64,000 nt of DNA from Vicinamibacterales bacterium (GTDB lineage Bacteria; Acidobacteriota; Vicinamibacteria; Vicinamibacterales; JAKQTR01). Both the position numbers and the translations under genes were made by a program. Of this stretch, positions 28,015-38,117 are shown piece by piece (the first letter of the stretch is position 1; each line of letters opens with the position of its first letter). Location of the stretch: contig JALOKU010000001.1 in assembly GCA_025456345.1 (NCBI GenBank), forward strand, positions 248,529 to 312,528, read 5' to 3'. The notes beneath the pieces are model-generated. The model saw only the letters and a list, made by a program, of their open reading frames with translations. It was not told the DNA's origin and made no database searches.

Positions 28015-29133
28015 GAGCGCCGCGAGCACTTCCTTCATCAGCCACTTCGTGCCCTCGATGCCGTCCATCGGCCCGTTCTCCCACTCGAGGGCAATCGTCC
28101 CCTTGAAGCGGTGCGCGTTCAGGATGCGCACGCTGCGCTGCACGTCGTTCCAGTCCTTCTCGGGCGTCTTCCAGCGATCCCAGTACTTCGCGTGCACGTG
28201 CGTGAACGTGTAGGGCATCACCGCCTCGAGGCCGTGGAAGAGGTGGTACTCGTGCTCCCAGTTGCAGAAGTCCGGCGTGCACTCGCAGTAGGGGTGGTTC
28301 ACCTCGTCCATGATGATCCGGATGTTCATGGGGTTGGCGCAGAGGCCCCAGTGGTTCTCGATGGTGATCTTCACGCCCACCTTCTCGCCGTACTCGGCGA
28401 GCTCCCGGAACGAGTCGATGCACTTCTTCAGGTAGACGACGATCCGCTCGTTCTTCGGGTAGCCGGTGGAGTGGTCCTCGGCCTCGGGCATGATGCGCCC
28501 GCTAGAGGTGCCGGTGTTCGCGCGCATCGTCTTGGCGCCGAGTACCGCGGCCGTGTCCATCCACAGCTTCGCGACGCGGATGCCTTCCTTCCGCTTGGTG
28601 TCGTCGGGATCGGCCAGAAACTGTGGTGCGTTGTTTGAGAGGTGCTGGGTCACGAACTTCTCGTTCGCGACGATGGCCGCCAGCTTCTCGACCCACTTCT
28701 TCGACGCCGGTGCGCTCGGATCCCATCGGCGCATCGTGAACGGCTTGCCGTTGCGCTCGATCGTCGTCTCCGTGTACTGGGCGGCGTCGGCCGGATCGCC
28801 GAACACGTCCGACCACAGGTCGAGGTGATAGACGCCGGGGAAGAAGTCCCTCGTCCACCTCGGCAGATCGTGCATCGTGATCTCGCCGTACTTCTTCCGC
28901 AAGGCCATCGTCTCTTCGTTGGGCGTGCCGCGGCCGTACGTCTTGAACAGGTGGCGCTGCGGCCAGCACGTCATGGCGAGGCGCGACAGCTTCTCCGGTT
29001 CGGTCAACTGGCGCGCGACAGACGCCTGCGCGGACAGCGAGTCCGACAGCAGCGTGCCGGCGGCGGCGACGCCGAGGCCAGCCTTCAGCAGGAAGTCGCG
29101 GCGGTCGGCGGTGGATGGGTGACGCGTGTCCAT
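28012..29133 (-). CDS. Xylose-isomerase-like TIM-barrel family protein with a Tat signal
   Basis: I prefer ATG at 29133 (GGGAGGA RBS) over the GTG at 29148. The protein starts MDTRHPSTADRRDFLLKAGLGVAAAG (Tat motif). ITIENHWG, HVHAKYW and TIALEWEN are barrel-type metal-site segments. Confidence 0.8.
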   Translation of the reverse strand: MDTRHPSTADRRDFLLKAGLGVAAAGTLLSDSLSAQASVARQLTEPEKLSRLAMTCWPQRHLFKTYGRGTPNEETMALRKKYGEITMHDLPRWTRDFFPGVYHLDLWSDVFGDPADAAQYTETTIERNGKPFTMRRWDPSAPASKKWVEKLAAIVANEKFVTQHLSNNAPQFLADPDDTKRKEGIRVAKLWMDTAAVLGAKTMRANTGTSSGRIMPEAEDHSTGYPKNERIVVYLKKCIDSFRELAEYGEKVGVKITIENHWGLCANPMNIRIIMDEVNHPYCECTPDFCNWEHEYHLFHGLEAVMPYTFTHVHAKYWDRWKTPEKDWNDVQRSVRILNAHRFKGTIALEWENGPMDGIEGTKWLMKEVLAAL

Positions 29134-29342
29134 GATTCCTCCCGGCACAAAACAGGTGCCGCGGGCATGCTACACCAAGGGCGCCGCGGCGTGCAGGGGC
29201 AAAGGGCACGGCGAGGGGCGAGCGACGGGTGACCTGATGTGACGCGGATGTGGCGTTGTGTGAAGAAATGGTGGCGCACGATTTACGCGCGGACTCCTGT
29301 GCTCTACTAGGAACGCCTGCGCCTGAGAATTGCGGAGTGTTC

Positions 29343-30539
29343 ATGCGTCGGGAGGGTTCTGCCGCTCGGTCGGGTCTCATCACCACCATCGTCATCGCCG
29401 CCTCGCTGGGCGCGCTTGCTTGCGGAGAAGGCAGTCCCGCGTCCCCCACCGACACGGCGACCGCCATGACGACGACCACGACGACGACGGCGTTGTACAC
29501 GCCGAAGGTGACTGGTGTCGAGCCCGCGAGCGGCGCCGACGCGGGCGGCACGGTCATCACGATCACGGGCGAGCACTTCACGTCCAGCGCCTCGGTGAAG
29601 ATCGGCGGGACGTCCGCCACGAGCATCACCTACAAGGACGAGGCGACTCTCCTGGCGACCACGCCTGCCGGCGCCGCCGGCTCGGCCGACATCGTCGTCA
29701 CCGTCGGGTATCTGTCGGGCACGCTGGCAGGAGGATTCACCTACCTCCCGCCCGTCGACGCCGCGCTGACGTTCACCGTCTACAACCACACGGCGGGCCG
29801 GCTCGGATCGTGGACCGCGACGCTTCAGAGCGGCTCGACGGTCACGCTGTCGGTTGGGTCCCTCGGTGAAGTCGTCGACGCAGACGGGAATGTCGTGCAG
29901 GCGGCCATCCCGGTCGATTCAGCCGACTCGCAGCGGCTCGTAGTTCGCAAGGCGGCCTCGGACGGCCGGGTCGGCGACTTCGTCGCCGCCTCCACGTCGG
30001 GCACCGCCACTTTCCAGGTGCCAATCGCCAGCCGGTCTGCGTACGACGTGTTCGTGATGAACGCGCAGAACGGGACCGACTACACCCTCATCGACAGGGG
30101 TGCGTTGGGATTCGCACGAAACCTCAGCATTTCGCGCGGAGCGGACGTGGGCGGCGCGACAGGACCGGACGGCGCGATCGACAGTTTGGTGCGGGCGCTG
30201 TCGGAGGCGGTCACCTTCCCCTGGATGGCCTACGGACGCGTGTCCAGAGTCACCGCCGACGGGCAGATCGTTGTCGTCTATACCCAGCCGAACGCCGGCG
30301 CGTGCGCCACCTATACCCGCTCGTCGGGCATGCTCTACGTGAACCCGGAGCGGTGCGCGGCCGTACCGGCGGATGTCAGCGGCGTCGTGCTGGAGAACGG
30401 GATCGAACTCGTCGCGGGTGTCCGCGACATTGGTGGCGCCGACTCGTCCGGGCTCCTGGACTGGGGCTCGCTCCGCCTGACGCCGACCGGCCGCGATCTG
30501 CTGACCTACGTGTTTCTGAAGGACAGCAGAGGCTGGTAA
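29343..30539 (+). CDS. Lipoprotein with an IPT/TIG domain and an uncharacterised C-terminal region
   Basis: ATG at 29343 (internal Met of ORF 29250..30539). Lipobox LGALAC, then a Thr-rich linker (TTTTTTT). IPT/TIG-like segment PKVTGVEPASGADAGGTVITITGEHF...VKIGGTSA. I recognise no family for the remaining ~270 aa. Confidence 0.7.
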   Translation: MRREGSAARSGLITTIVIAASLGALACGEGSPASPTDTATAMTTTTTTTALYTPKVTGVEPASGADAGGTVITITGEHFTSSASVKIGGTSATSITYKDEATLLATTPAGAAGSADIVVTVGYLSGTLAGGFTYLPPVDAALTFTVYNHTAGRLGSWTATLQSGSTVTLSVGSLGEVVDADGNVVQAAIPVDSADSQRLVVRKAASDGRVGDFVAASTSGTATFQVPIASRSAYDVFVMNAQNGTDYTLIDRGALGFARNLSISRGADVGGATGPDGAIDSLVRALSEAVTFPWMAYGRVSRVTADGQIVVVYTQPNAGACATYTRSSGMLYVNPERCAAVPADVSGVVLENGIELVAGVRDIGGADSSGLLDWGSLRLTPTGRDLLTYVFLKDSRGW

Positions 30540-30767
30540 TCGGGCCGATCTGCGGGCGGCCGCGCAGGTGGACGTCGGTCCCCGACCGCCCGACGGTCAC
30601 CACCGTCCCGACGCCTCCGGCGATGTCGCGGTCGCCGAGGGCCTCTTTGAACGCCGCCACGATGCGGCCGACGTCGGCAGGCGGCGTGATCGTTCCCGGC
30701 CGGCTCCGCACTATACTCGTAGATCGCCGAGCCGCCGGCCTCCGCCGCCGGCGCCGGTCCTTCATGA

Positions 30768-33011
<2,244 letters not shown>

Positions 33012-33036
33012 GCGGCGCGCCGGTGAGCAGCGCGGC

Positions 33037-33429
33037 GTGCTGCAGGCCGTGGTGGACATCGGCGGCCGCGACCGCCTCTTCCTCGCGACGCACATCGACT
33101 ACCGGCCCGACGACGCCGAGCGGCTGGCCAACGTGGAGCAGTTTCGCGAAGTGCTGGCGGAGTACGGTAATATGCCTGCCCTGTTCGGCGGGGACTTCAA
33201 CGACACTCCCGCCAGCCGGACCTACGCGGCCATGGCCGCGGCGTTCGACGACGTGTGGGTGAAGGCCGGCGATGGTGTTGGGTTCACGATTCCCAGCCGT
33301 GAACCCAACAAGCGCATCGACTTCCTCTGGCTCAGGCACGGTGCCCCGCTCCGGCCCATCCGGGCGTGGGTGCCGCGCTCGGAGGGATCGGACCACCTGC
33401 CGGTCGTCGCCGAATTCGCGTGGCAGTGA
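33037..33429 (+). pseudogene. C-terminal half of an endonuclease/exonuclease/phosphatase (EEP) family protein, truncated by the icd 3' end
   Basis: 130 codons from a GTG 26 nt after the icd stop. They contain only the distal EEP motifs ([24 protein letters not shown]). The roughly 120-aa N-terminal half, with the first catalytic Asn/Glu motifs, would have to lie inside icd and is absent. Confidence 0.5.
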
Positions 33430-33492
33430 GACGCCTGCGGCCGGCCTGAACGCCGTGGCGAGGCCGGGCACTCCGAGCCCAGGGATGACCCG

Positions 33493-33912
33493 ATGGCCCA
33501 CGACCTGCTTCCGTACACCACACGATTTCGCTGGAGCGCGTTGCGGGGGCGATGCCGCCGTCGCCTGCTCGGCGGCCTCGTCCTGCTCGCAGCAGCGGCG
33601 GCCTACGCGTGGTTCGCGGGTGCGCAGATGGCCCGCCGCGGCGCCGATGACCACGCCTTCGATCAGCCCCTCGTGCGGATGGCGGCGCGCATGAACCCCC
33701 CGCCCTCACACCTGCAGGCCTACGCGCCGCAGAACGGCCGGGAAGAGTATCTGGCGGCCGTCATCAGCGATCAGCAGGACATGATCAACGGCCTGACGCT
33801 GCTCGCGTTGCGGTTGATTCTGGCGGTGACGGCGGGCGGGTTCGGGCTGATCCTCCTGACGGCCGGATCGACCGAATGGGAGATGCGGAGCGAGGCCGGT
33901 CCGGGATCCTGA
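33493..33912 (+). CDS. Hypothetical membrane protein (two TM helices)
   Basis: 139 aa. Hydrophobic helices LLGGLVLLAAAAAYAWFAG and LTLLALRLILAVTAGGFGLILLTAG. No recognisable family. Coding status is moderate. Confidence 0.4.
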   Translation: MAHDLLPYTTRFRWSALRGRCRRRLLGGLVLLAAAAAYAWFAGAQMARRGADDHAFDQPLVRMAARMNPPPSHLQAYAPQNGREEYLAAVISDQQDMINGLTLLALRLILAVTAGGFGLILLTAGSTEWEMRSEAGPGS

Positions 33913-33919
33913 TCCCGCC

Positions 33920-34486
33920 CTACCAGCAGCGGACTCGTCCGGTATCGAGATGCACGAAGTCGCTTGACGCGTAGTAGCCGACGCCGCCGCGGCGGAGGCG
34001 CATCGCCGCGTCGCGCAGCGCCGCCGAGCTCACGTCGGCAAGCCGGACATCGATAGCGCGTCCCTGGAGATGCAGGCTGCCCGAGGCGACGCCGGAACTG
34101 TGCTCGCGCAGCATGCCGTTCGTCTGAGGGGAGCGGTAGCCGGAGATGACCTGGTAGGGGCTGGCCGCGCCGGTGGCGAGCCGCAACTCGTGCAGGATGT
34201 CGAACAGGGCCGGGTCGATCGGATGCTCGTCGCCTGTCCGGTGGTCCCGGAGGAACCAGCTCAGGGCAGCCAGGCTCTCAGGGTCGTAGGAACCGTCCGC
34301 GAAGAACGTGACCGAGAGCCGTTCGTGCGTGTGCGTATGCACCAACGCCACCTCGCGGGGCTCCGGCCCCGCCGCGAACGCCGCCCTGGACGGCACCATG
34401 GCGACGGTGAGCGCGGCAGCAAGCCTCTGAAGGACATCGCGGCGCGAGAGCACGGGGCGGCCGAGGCACGCCGGCGGCAAGTACAT
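33920..34486 (-). CDS. DUF882 / YcbK(MepK)-like peptidase M15A family protein with a Tat signal
   Basis: ATG at 34486 (internal Met 71 of ORF 33920..34696). Tat-like segment LSRRDVLQRLAAALTVAMVPSRAAFA. Segments ISGYRSPQTN, SLHLQGRAIDV and FVHLDTG are typical of DUF882 murein endopeptidase-like proteins. Confidence 0.8.
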   Translation of the reverse strand: MYLPPACLGRPVLSRRDVLQRLAAALTVAMVPSRAAFAAGPEPREVALVHTHTHERLSVTFFADGSYDPESLAALSWFLRDHRTGDEHPIDPALFDILHELRLATGAASPYQVISGYRSPQTNGMLREHSSGVASGSLHLQGRAIDVRLADVSSAALRDAAMRLRRGGVGYYASSDFVHLDTGRVRCW

Positions 34487-34624
34487 CGGGTAATGATAAC
34501 GGAGCCGCCCGCCTCCGCCAACCTCGCAGCCGACGTTCACGGGGCCGGACCCTGGCCAGTAAGGCCGATCGTTTGCCGGGTCGCCGGGGCATTCGCGTTT
34601 AGATGAGCCTGTTCGACTGATTTC

Positions 34625-34633
34625 TGGTAAAAT
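34625..34633 (+). promoter_or_regulatory. Candidate extended -10 promoter element (TGgTAAAAT) in an AT-rich patch
   Basis: TGGTAAAAT at 34625-34633, about 75 nt upstream of the LysM gene ATG (34708). This is an unusually AT-rich island for this sequence. Sequence match only. Confidence 0.3.
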
Positions 34634-34707
34634 CCATCGGATCGGCATGCGACAAGTTCGTCGCTGGGATCGATGGCGCCACAGTTGCTGGGCCACAGGA
34701 GGACGAG

Positions 34708-34908
34708 ATGGCAGACACTGCGAAGACCGGTGGCGGCAGCTGGGACGCCACGCAGTGGTACGAAGTGAAGAAGGGCGACACGCTCTCGAAGATCGCGGAG
34801 CAGTTCTACGGCGACCCGAAGCTGTACACGACGATTTTCGAGGCCAACCAGGATGTCCTGAAGGACCCGAACCTGATTCAGATCGGGCAGAAGCTCAGGA
34901 TTCCCTAA
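34708..34908 (+). CDS. Small LysM peptidoglycan-binding domain protein
   Basis: 66 aa with an AGGAGGA RBS. YEVKKGDTLSKIAEQFYGDPKLYTTIFEANQDVLKDPNLIQIGQKLRIP is a canonical LysM domain. Confidence 0.85.
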   Translation: MADTAKTGGGSWDATQWYEVKKGDTLSKIAEQFYGDPKLYTTIFEANQDVLKDPNLIQIGQKLRIP

Positions 34909-34950
34909 CCCATAGTCGGCAACTGTTGTGATGCGAGAGGAGAGCGATCG

Positions 34951-35544
34951 ATGAAGAAGTTGTTTGCGTTGGCTCTGGTGATCGGGCTCGCGGTCGGCGT
35001 GACCGCATGCGGCGACGGCGGCAAGGCCGCGGCCGACACCGCCATCAAGGCGGCGGAAGCGGCGTTCAGCGCGGCGTCGGCCGAGGCCATGAAGTACGTG
35101 CCGGACGAGGCGAGGAGCGTCGAAGGCGCCATCGCGGCCGCGAGGGCGGCGTTCGACAAGGGTGATTTCAAAGGTGCGACCGCGGCGGCGAGCGAGCTGA
35201 CCGCCAAGATCACGGCCCTCGGCGAGGCCGCGACGGCGAAGAAGGCCGAGCTCACCACCGCGTGGGAAGGCCTGAGCACCGGGCTGCCGGGCGTTGTGGG
35301 CGCGATTACGAGCCGCGTCGAGATCCTCTCGAAGTCGAAGAAGCTGCCCCAGGGCATCACCCAGGAAGCGTTCGACGGCGCGAAGAGCGGCCTCGACATG
35401 ATCAACTCGGCGTGGACCGAGGCGAACGACGCGTTCAAGTCGGGTGATGTGGCCGGGGCGATGGCGAGGGCCAGCACCGTGAAAGCGAAGGCCGCCGAGA
35501 TCATGGCCGCCCTCAGCATGCCGGTGCCCGACGCGCTGAAGTAG
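34951..35544 (+). CDS. Alanine-rich alpha-helical lipoprotein, function unknown
   Basis: GAGAGGAGAG RBS. Signal peptide plus lipobox (LAVGVTAC). 197 aa of helical Ala/Lys/Glu-rich sequence. Confidence 0.7.
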   Translation: MKKLFALALVIGLAVGVTACGDGGKAAADTAIKAAEAAFSAASAEAMKYVPDEARSVEGAIAAARAAFDKGDFKGATAAASELTAKITALGEAATAKKAELTTAWEGLSTGLPGVVGAITSRVEILSKSKKLPQGITQEAFDGAKSGLDMINSAWTEANDAFKSGDVAGAMARASTVKAKAAEIMAALSMPVPDALK

Positions 35545-35572
35545 GAAGCCGGAAGACCGTTCGAATCAGACT

Positions 35573-35640
35573 GCCGCCCGGCGTCCGGAGGCCGTCTCGC
35601 GCATCGCGAGGCGGTTCCGGGCGCCGGGCGGCTTCGTGTT
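35573..35640 (+). terminator. Long GC hairpin followed by a T-rich tail after the lipoprotein gene
   Basis: Outer stem GCCGCCCGGCG (35573-35583) pairs with CGCCGGGCGGC (35622-35632). Inner stem CCGTCTCGCG / CGCGAGGCGG. Followed by TTCGTGTT. Confidence 0.6.
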
Positions 35641-35721
35641 CGCCGGTGCCACCCGGCGTTCCGGCGGCCGATGACGGTGCGCACAGTCCGCCGTCGCCAC
35701 GCCGGGCGCTCCCAGGTTGAC

Positions 35722-37008
35722 CTACCTGAACAGCCGCGGCGTGAACTCGCGCAGGTAGTCGCGCCAGACGAGCCACGTGTGGGCGCCCGGCGTCTCCTTG
35801 AACTCCGGCTGGAAACCATGGTTCTTCAGCAGTTCCACGGTGGTGCGGGTGTTGGCGATCAGCCGGTCGTCAACGCCCGTGGCGAGCCAGAGGAGCGTCG
35901 TCCCCTTCTTGAGGCTCGCGTTGTCGAGGTCGGCGAGGTGCACCGCCTCCCAGGTGGGCGGAGGAGGCGCGGGTGCGGCGCCCGGTGCCGGACCGCGGCC
36001 GCCGCCCAGCGTGGCGCCCGAACTGTAGACACCGATGTACGCGAACTTCGCGAGGTGGCGGAACGCGATGTCGAGCGTCTGGCTCCCGCCCATCGAGAGA
36101 CCGGCAATCGCGCGGTTCGGGCGATCGGCGAGCACCCGATAGCGCCGTTCGACGTACGGCATGACGTCGCTGACGAACTCGAGCGTGAACGGGCTGATGG
36201 CGGGTGGCGCAACCGCGGGCGGCGGCGGGCCAGCGGGCGCGGCGCCGGGCCGGGCCGGCTGATGTCCCGCCGGCATCACGACGATCATCGGGACGGCCTG
36301 CCTGGCCGCGATCAGATTGTCGAAGATGAATCCTGCCCGCCCCACCGACGTCCACGCATCGTCGGTGTCACCCGCGCCGTGCAGCAGGTAGAACACCGGG
36401 TACTTCTGGCTGCCCGTTTCGTAGCCCGGAGGGGTGTAGACGTGCATCCGCCGCGTGGTCTTGAGCACCGATGACGCGTAGTGGATCTCTGCGACCGCGC
36501 CGTGAGGCACATCCCTGACCTCTTCGAGGTCGATGCCCGGCACGAAGAACATGCTCCATATCGCCGTGTTCGATTCGCTCGTCCTCGTGTTCACGGGGTC
36601 GAGCGTGCGCACGCCGTCGACCATGATGGCGTAGCGGAACGCCCCGGGCGGTGCGGGCGCCGAGGTGGTGAACTCCCAGACTCCGCTCTCGCTCTTGGTG
36701 AACACGGTGGCGCCGGGCGAGCCCGGCGTCTGCGGCGCGGGCACGGTGCCGGGAGCTGCGAACGTCACCGGCGGCAGATCGCCGGCGTTGAGCGTCACCG
36801 TCGTGGCGTTCGGCGCGTAGATGCGGAACGTCACGTGGCGGTCGCCGAGCAGGTCGGGCGACACCACGGCAGGCGGACGCGCCGGCGGTGCCTGCGCCGC
36901 TGCGGCTGCGGCAGGCGGCGCCGCCGACTGCGCGGCGGCGGTGTCCGGGGAGAGGGCGACGACTGCCGCCGCGAGCAGGAGGCTTCTTCCGATCGCGTGA
37001 TGTCTCAT
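35722..37008 (-). CDS. Secreted esterase (putative-esterase / CE1-like alpha/beta hydrolase with an N-terminal beta-sandwich domain)
   Basis: ATG at 37008 (MRHHAIGRSLLLAAAVVALSPDTAAAQ, signal peptide). N-terminal E-set-like segment HVTFRIYAPNATTVTL. YPVFYLLHGAGD and nucleophile elbow GLSMGG. Confidence 0.85.
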   Translation of the reverse strand: MRHHAIGRSLLLAAAVVALSPDTAAAQSAAPPAAAAAAQAPPARPPAVVSPDLLGDRHVTFRIYAPNATTVTLNAGDLPPVTFAAPGTVPAPQTPGSPGATVFTKSESGVWEFTTSAPAPPGAFRYAIMVDGVRTLDPVNTRTSESNTAIWSMFFVPGIDLEEVRDVPHGAVAEIHYASSVLKTTRRMHVYTPPGYETGSQKYPVFYLLHGAGDTDDAWTSVGRAGFIFDNLIAARQAVPMIVVMPAGHQPARPGAAPAGPPPPAVAPPAISPFTLEFVSDVMPYVERRYRVLADRPNRAIAGLSMGGSQTLDIAFRHLAKFAYIGVYSSGATLGGGRGPAPGAAPAPPPPTWEAVHLADLDNASLKKGTTLLWLATGVDDRLIANTRTTVELLKNHGFQPEFKETPGAHTWLVWRDYLREFTPRLFR

Positions 37009-37297
37009 CTCAATGCTCCAGAAACGCACACGGGAGGGGCGGGCGCGCCCATTGTATGCCGTATGGGGCGCACCGGAACGCCCGGCCCGGTGAGGTCGTT
37101 CCGAGCGCGGCCTTGCGGCCCGGCCCTGGGGCGCCTCAGACCCCGCGCCTGCGCGCGCTGGTTGCCGGATTCAACACGGGCGGCTACGATCAGTTCTTCG
37201 CCACGCCCTACAGCGCCGAGCGGCGGCCGTTGAAGTAGGGCGATGTGATGGCGGCCTCGTTCCGGCTGGTGATGAGGCGCAACAGGAACCGACCACG

Positions 37298-37663
37298 ATG
37301 CCACTCCAGGTGCTCAGCACGCTCGACGGTCTTGAATCCGCGTTGTCCGGCTCGAGTGGCCGCCCGCTGCTCCTCCTCAAGCACAGCCTGACGTGCGGCA
37401 CAAGCGCCTACGCCCACGAGGAAGTCGAGGACTTCCTGTCGGAGCCCGGTGTCCCGGTCGATGCCTGCGTCGTGCACGTGCAGACAGGGCGCGCGGTTTC
37501 CGACGCCATCGCCGGGCGCTTCGGCATCCGCCACGAATCTCCGCAACTGCTGCTCATCGCGAACAGCCAGGTCGTCTGGCAGGCGTCGCACCACCGCATC
37601 ACCAGGCGCGAGATCGCGGCTGCCCTGAAACGCCACGTTACGGCCCCGCCCGGCCATCCATGA
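37298..37663 (+). CDS. ytxJ: YtxJ-like (bacillithiol-system, DUF2847) monothiol thioredoxin-fold protein
   Basis: 121 aa. LLLLKHSLTCGTS resembles the KHSxxCxxS single-Cys motif of YtxJ. Length and the C-terminal HxxIT pattern fit. Confidence 0.7.
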   Translation: MPLQVLSTLDGLESALSGSSGRPLLLLKHSLTCGTSAYAHEEVEDFLSEPGVPVDACVVHVQTGRAVSDAIAGRFGIRHESPQLLLIANSQVVWQASHHRITRREIAAALKRHVTAPPGHP

Positions 37664-38061
37664 CGCCGCTTGCCGCCCGTGCGCACTTCGCGCATGATCG
37701 GCGTGTGGCGGAGCGCGAATCCTCCCGGCTGGTCTACTCATCCGGCGCCGGCCGGGTGTGCCCGCGCTGCGGCTGGCCGGCCGGCAACTGCCGCTGCAGC
37801 ACGCGCGGCGCCGACGCACCGGTCCCCGTGCGCGTGGTTGCGAAGCTTCGCGTCGAGAAAGCGGGGCGGGGCGGGAAGGCGGTCACCCTCGTCTACGACC
37901 TTCCCAGAAACGCCGCGTTTCTCAAAGAGCTGTCCCGCGAACTGAAGCAGGCCTGCGGCGCCGGAGGCACCGTCCTGGACGATGCCATCGAGATCCAGGG
38001 CGACCTGCGCGACCGCATCCGCGATCTGCTCCTGAAGAAGGGTTTCGGCGTCAAAGGGTGA
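37660..38061 (+). CDS. yciH: SUI1/YciH-family translation initiation factor
   Basis: ATG at 37660 overlaps the ytxJ stop (ATGA). CPRCGWPAGNCRC zinc-knuckle-like segment, then GRGGKAVTLV...LKQACGAGGTV...IEIQGD, typical of SUI1. Confidence 0.8.
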   Translation: MTPLAARAHFAHDRRVAERESSRLVYSSGAGRVCPRCGWPAGNCRCSTRGADAPVPVRVVAKLRVEKAGRGGKAVTLVYDLPRNAAFLKELSRELKQACGAGGTVLDDAIEIQGDLRDRIRDLLLKKGFGVKG

Positions 38062-38117
38062 CGGTCCGCGGAGCGGATTCAGTGCGTCCGGCAGGCGTGC
38101 TGGAATGGAGGTGCCGC

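Noticed and set aside
30376-30765. 129-aa minus-strand ORF in the 237-bp spacer upstream of icd, with a partly protein-like stretch (GRIVAAFKEALGDRDIAGGVGTVVTVGRSG)
   Set aside because: It has no RBS, starts with an Arg-rich run, overlaps the 3' end of the lipoprotein gene, and matches no family I recognise. It could be a gene remnant, but I cannot support it.
35559-35567. GTTCGAATC, a tRNA T-loop-like nonamer, in the intergenic region after the lipoprotein gene
   Set aside because: The flanking bases cannot form a T-stem (GACCG versus CAGAC). No acceptor, D or anticodon arms can be drawn. It lies beside a terminator hairpin. This is not a tRNA.
36888-37238. 116-aa plus-strand ORF ending ...GFNTGGYDQFFATPYSAERRPLK upstream of ytxJ
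   Set aside because: Its first third is antisense to the esterase gene start. It has no RBS and no recognisable domain, and the rest is Arg/Pro/Gly-rich. It is probably non-coding 5' region.
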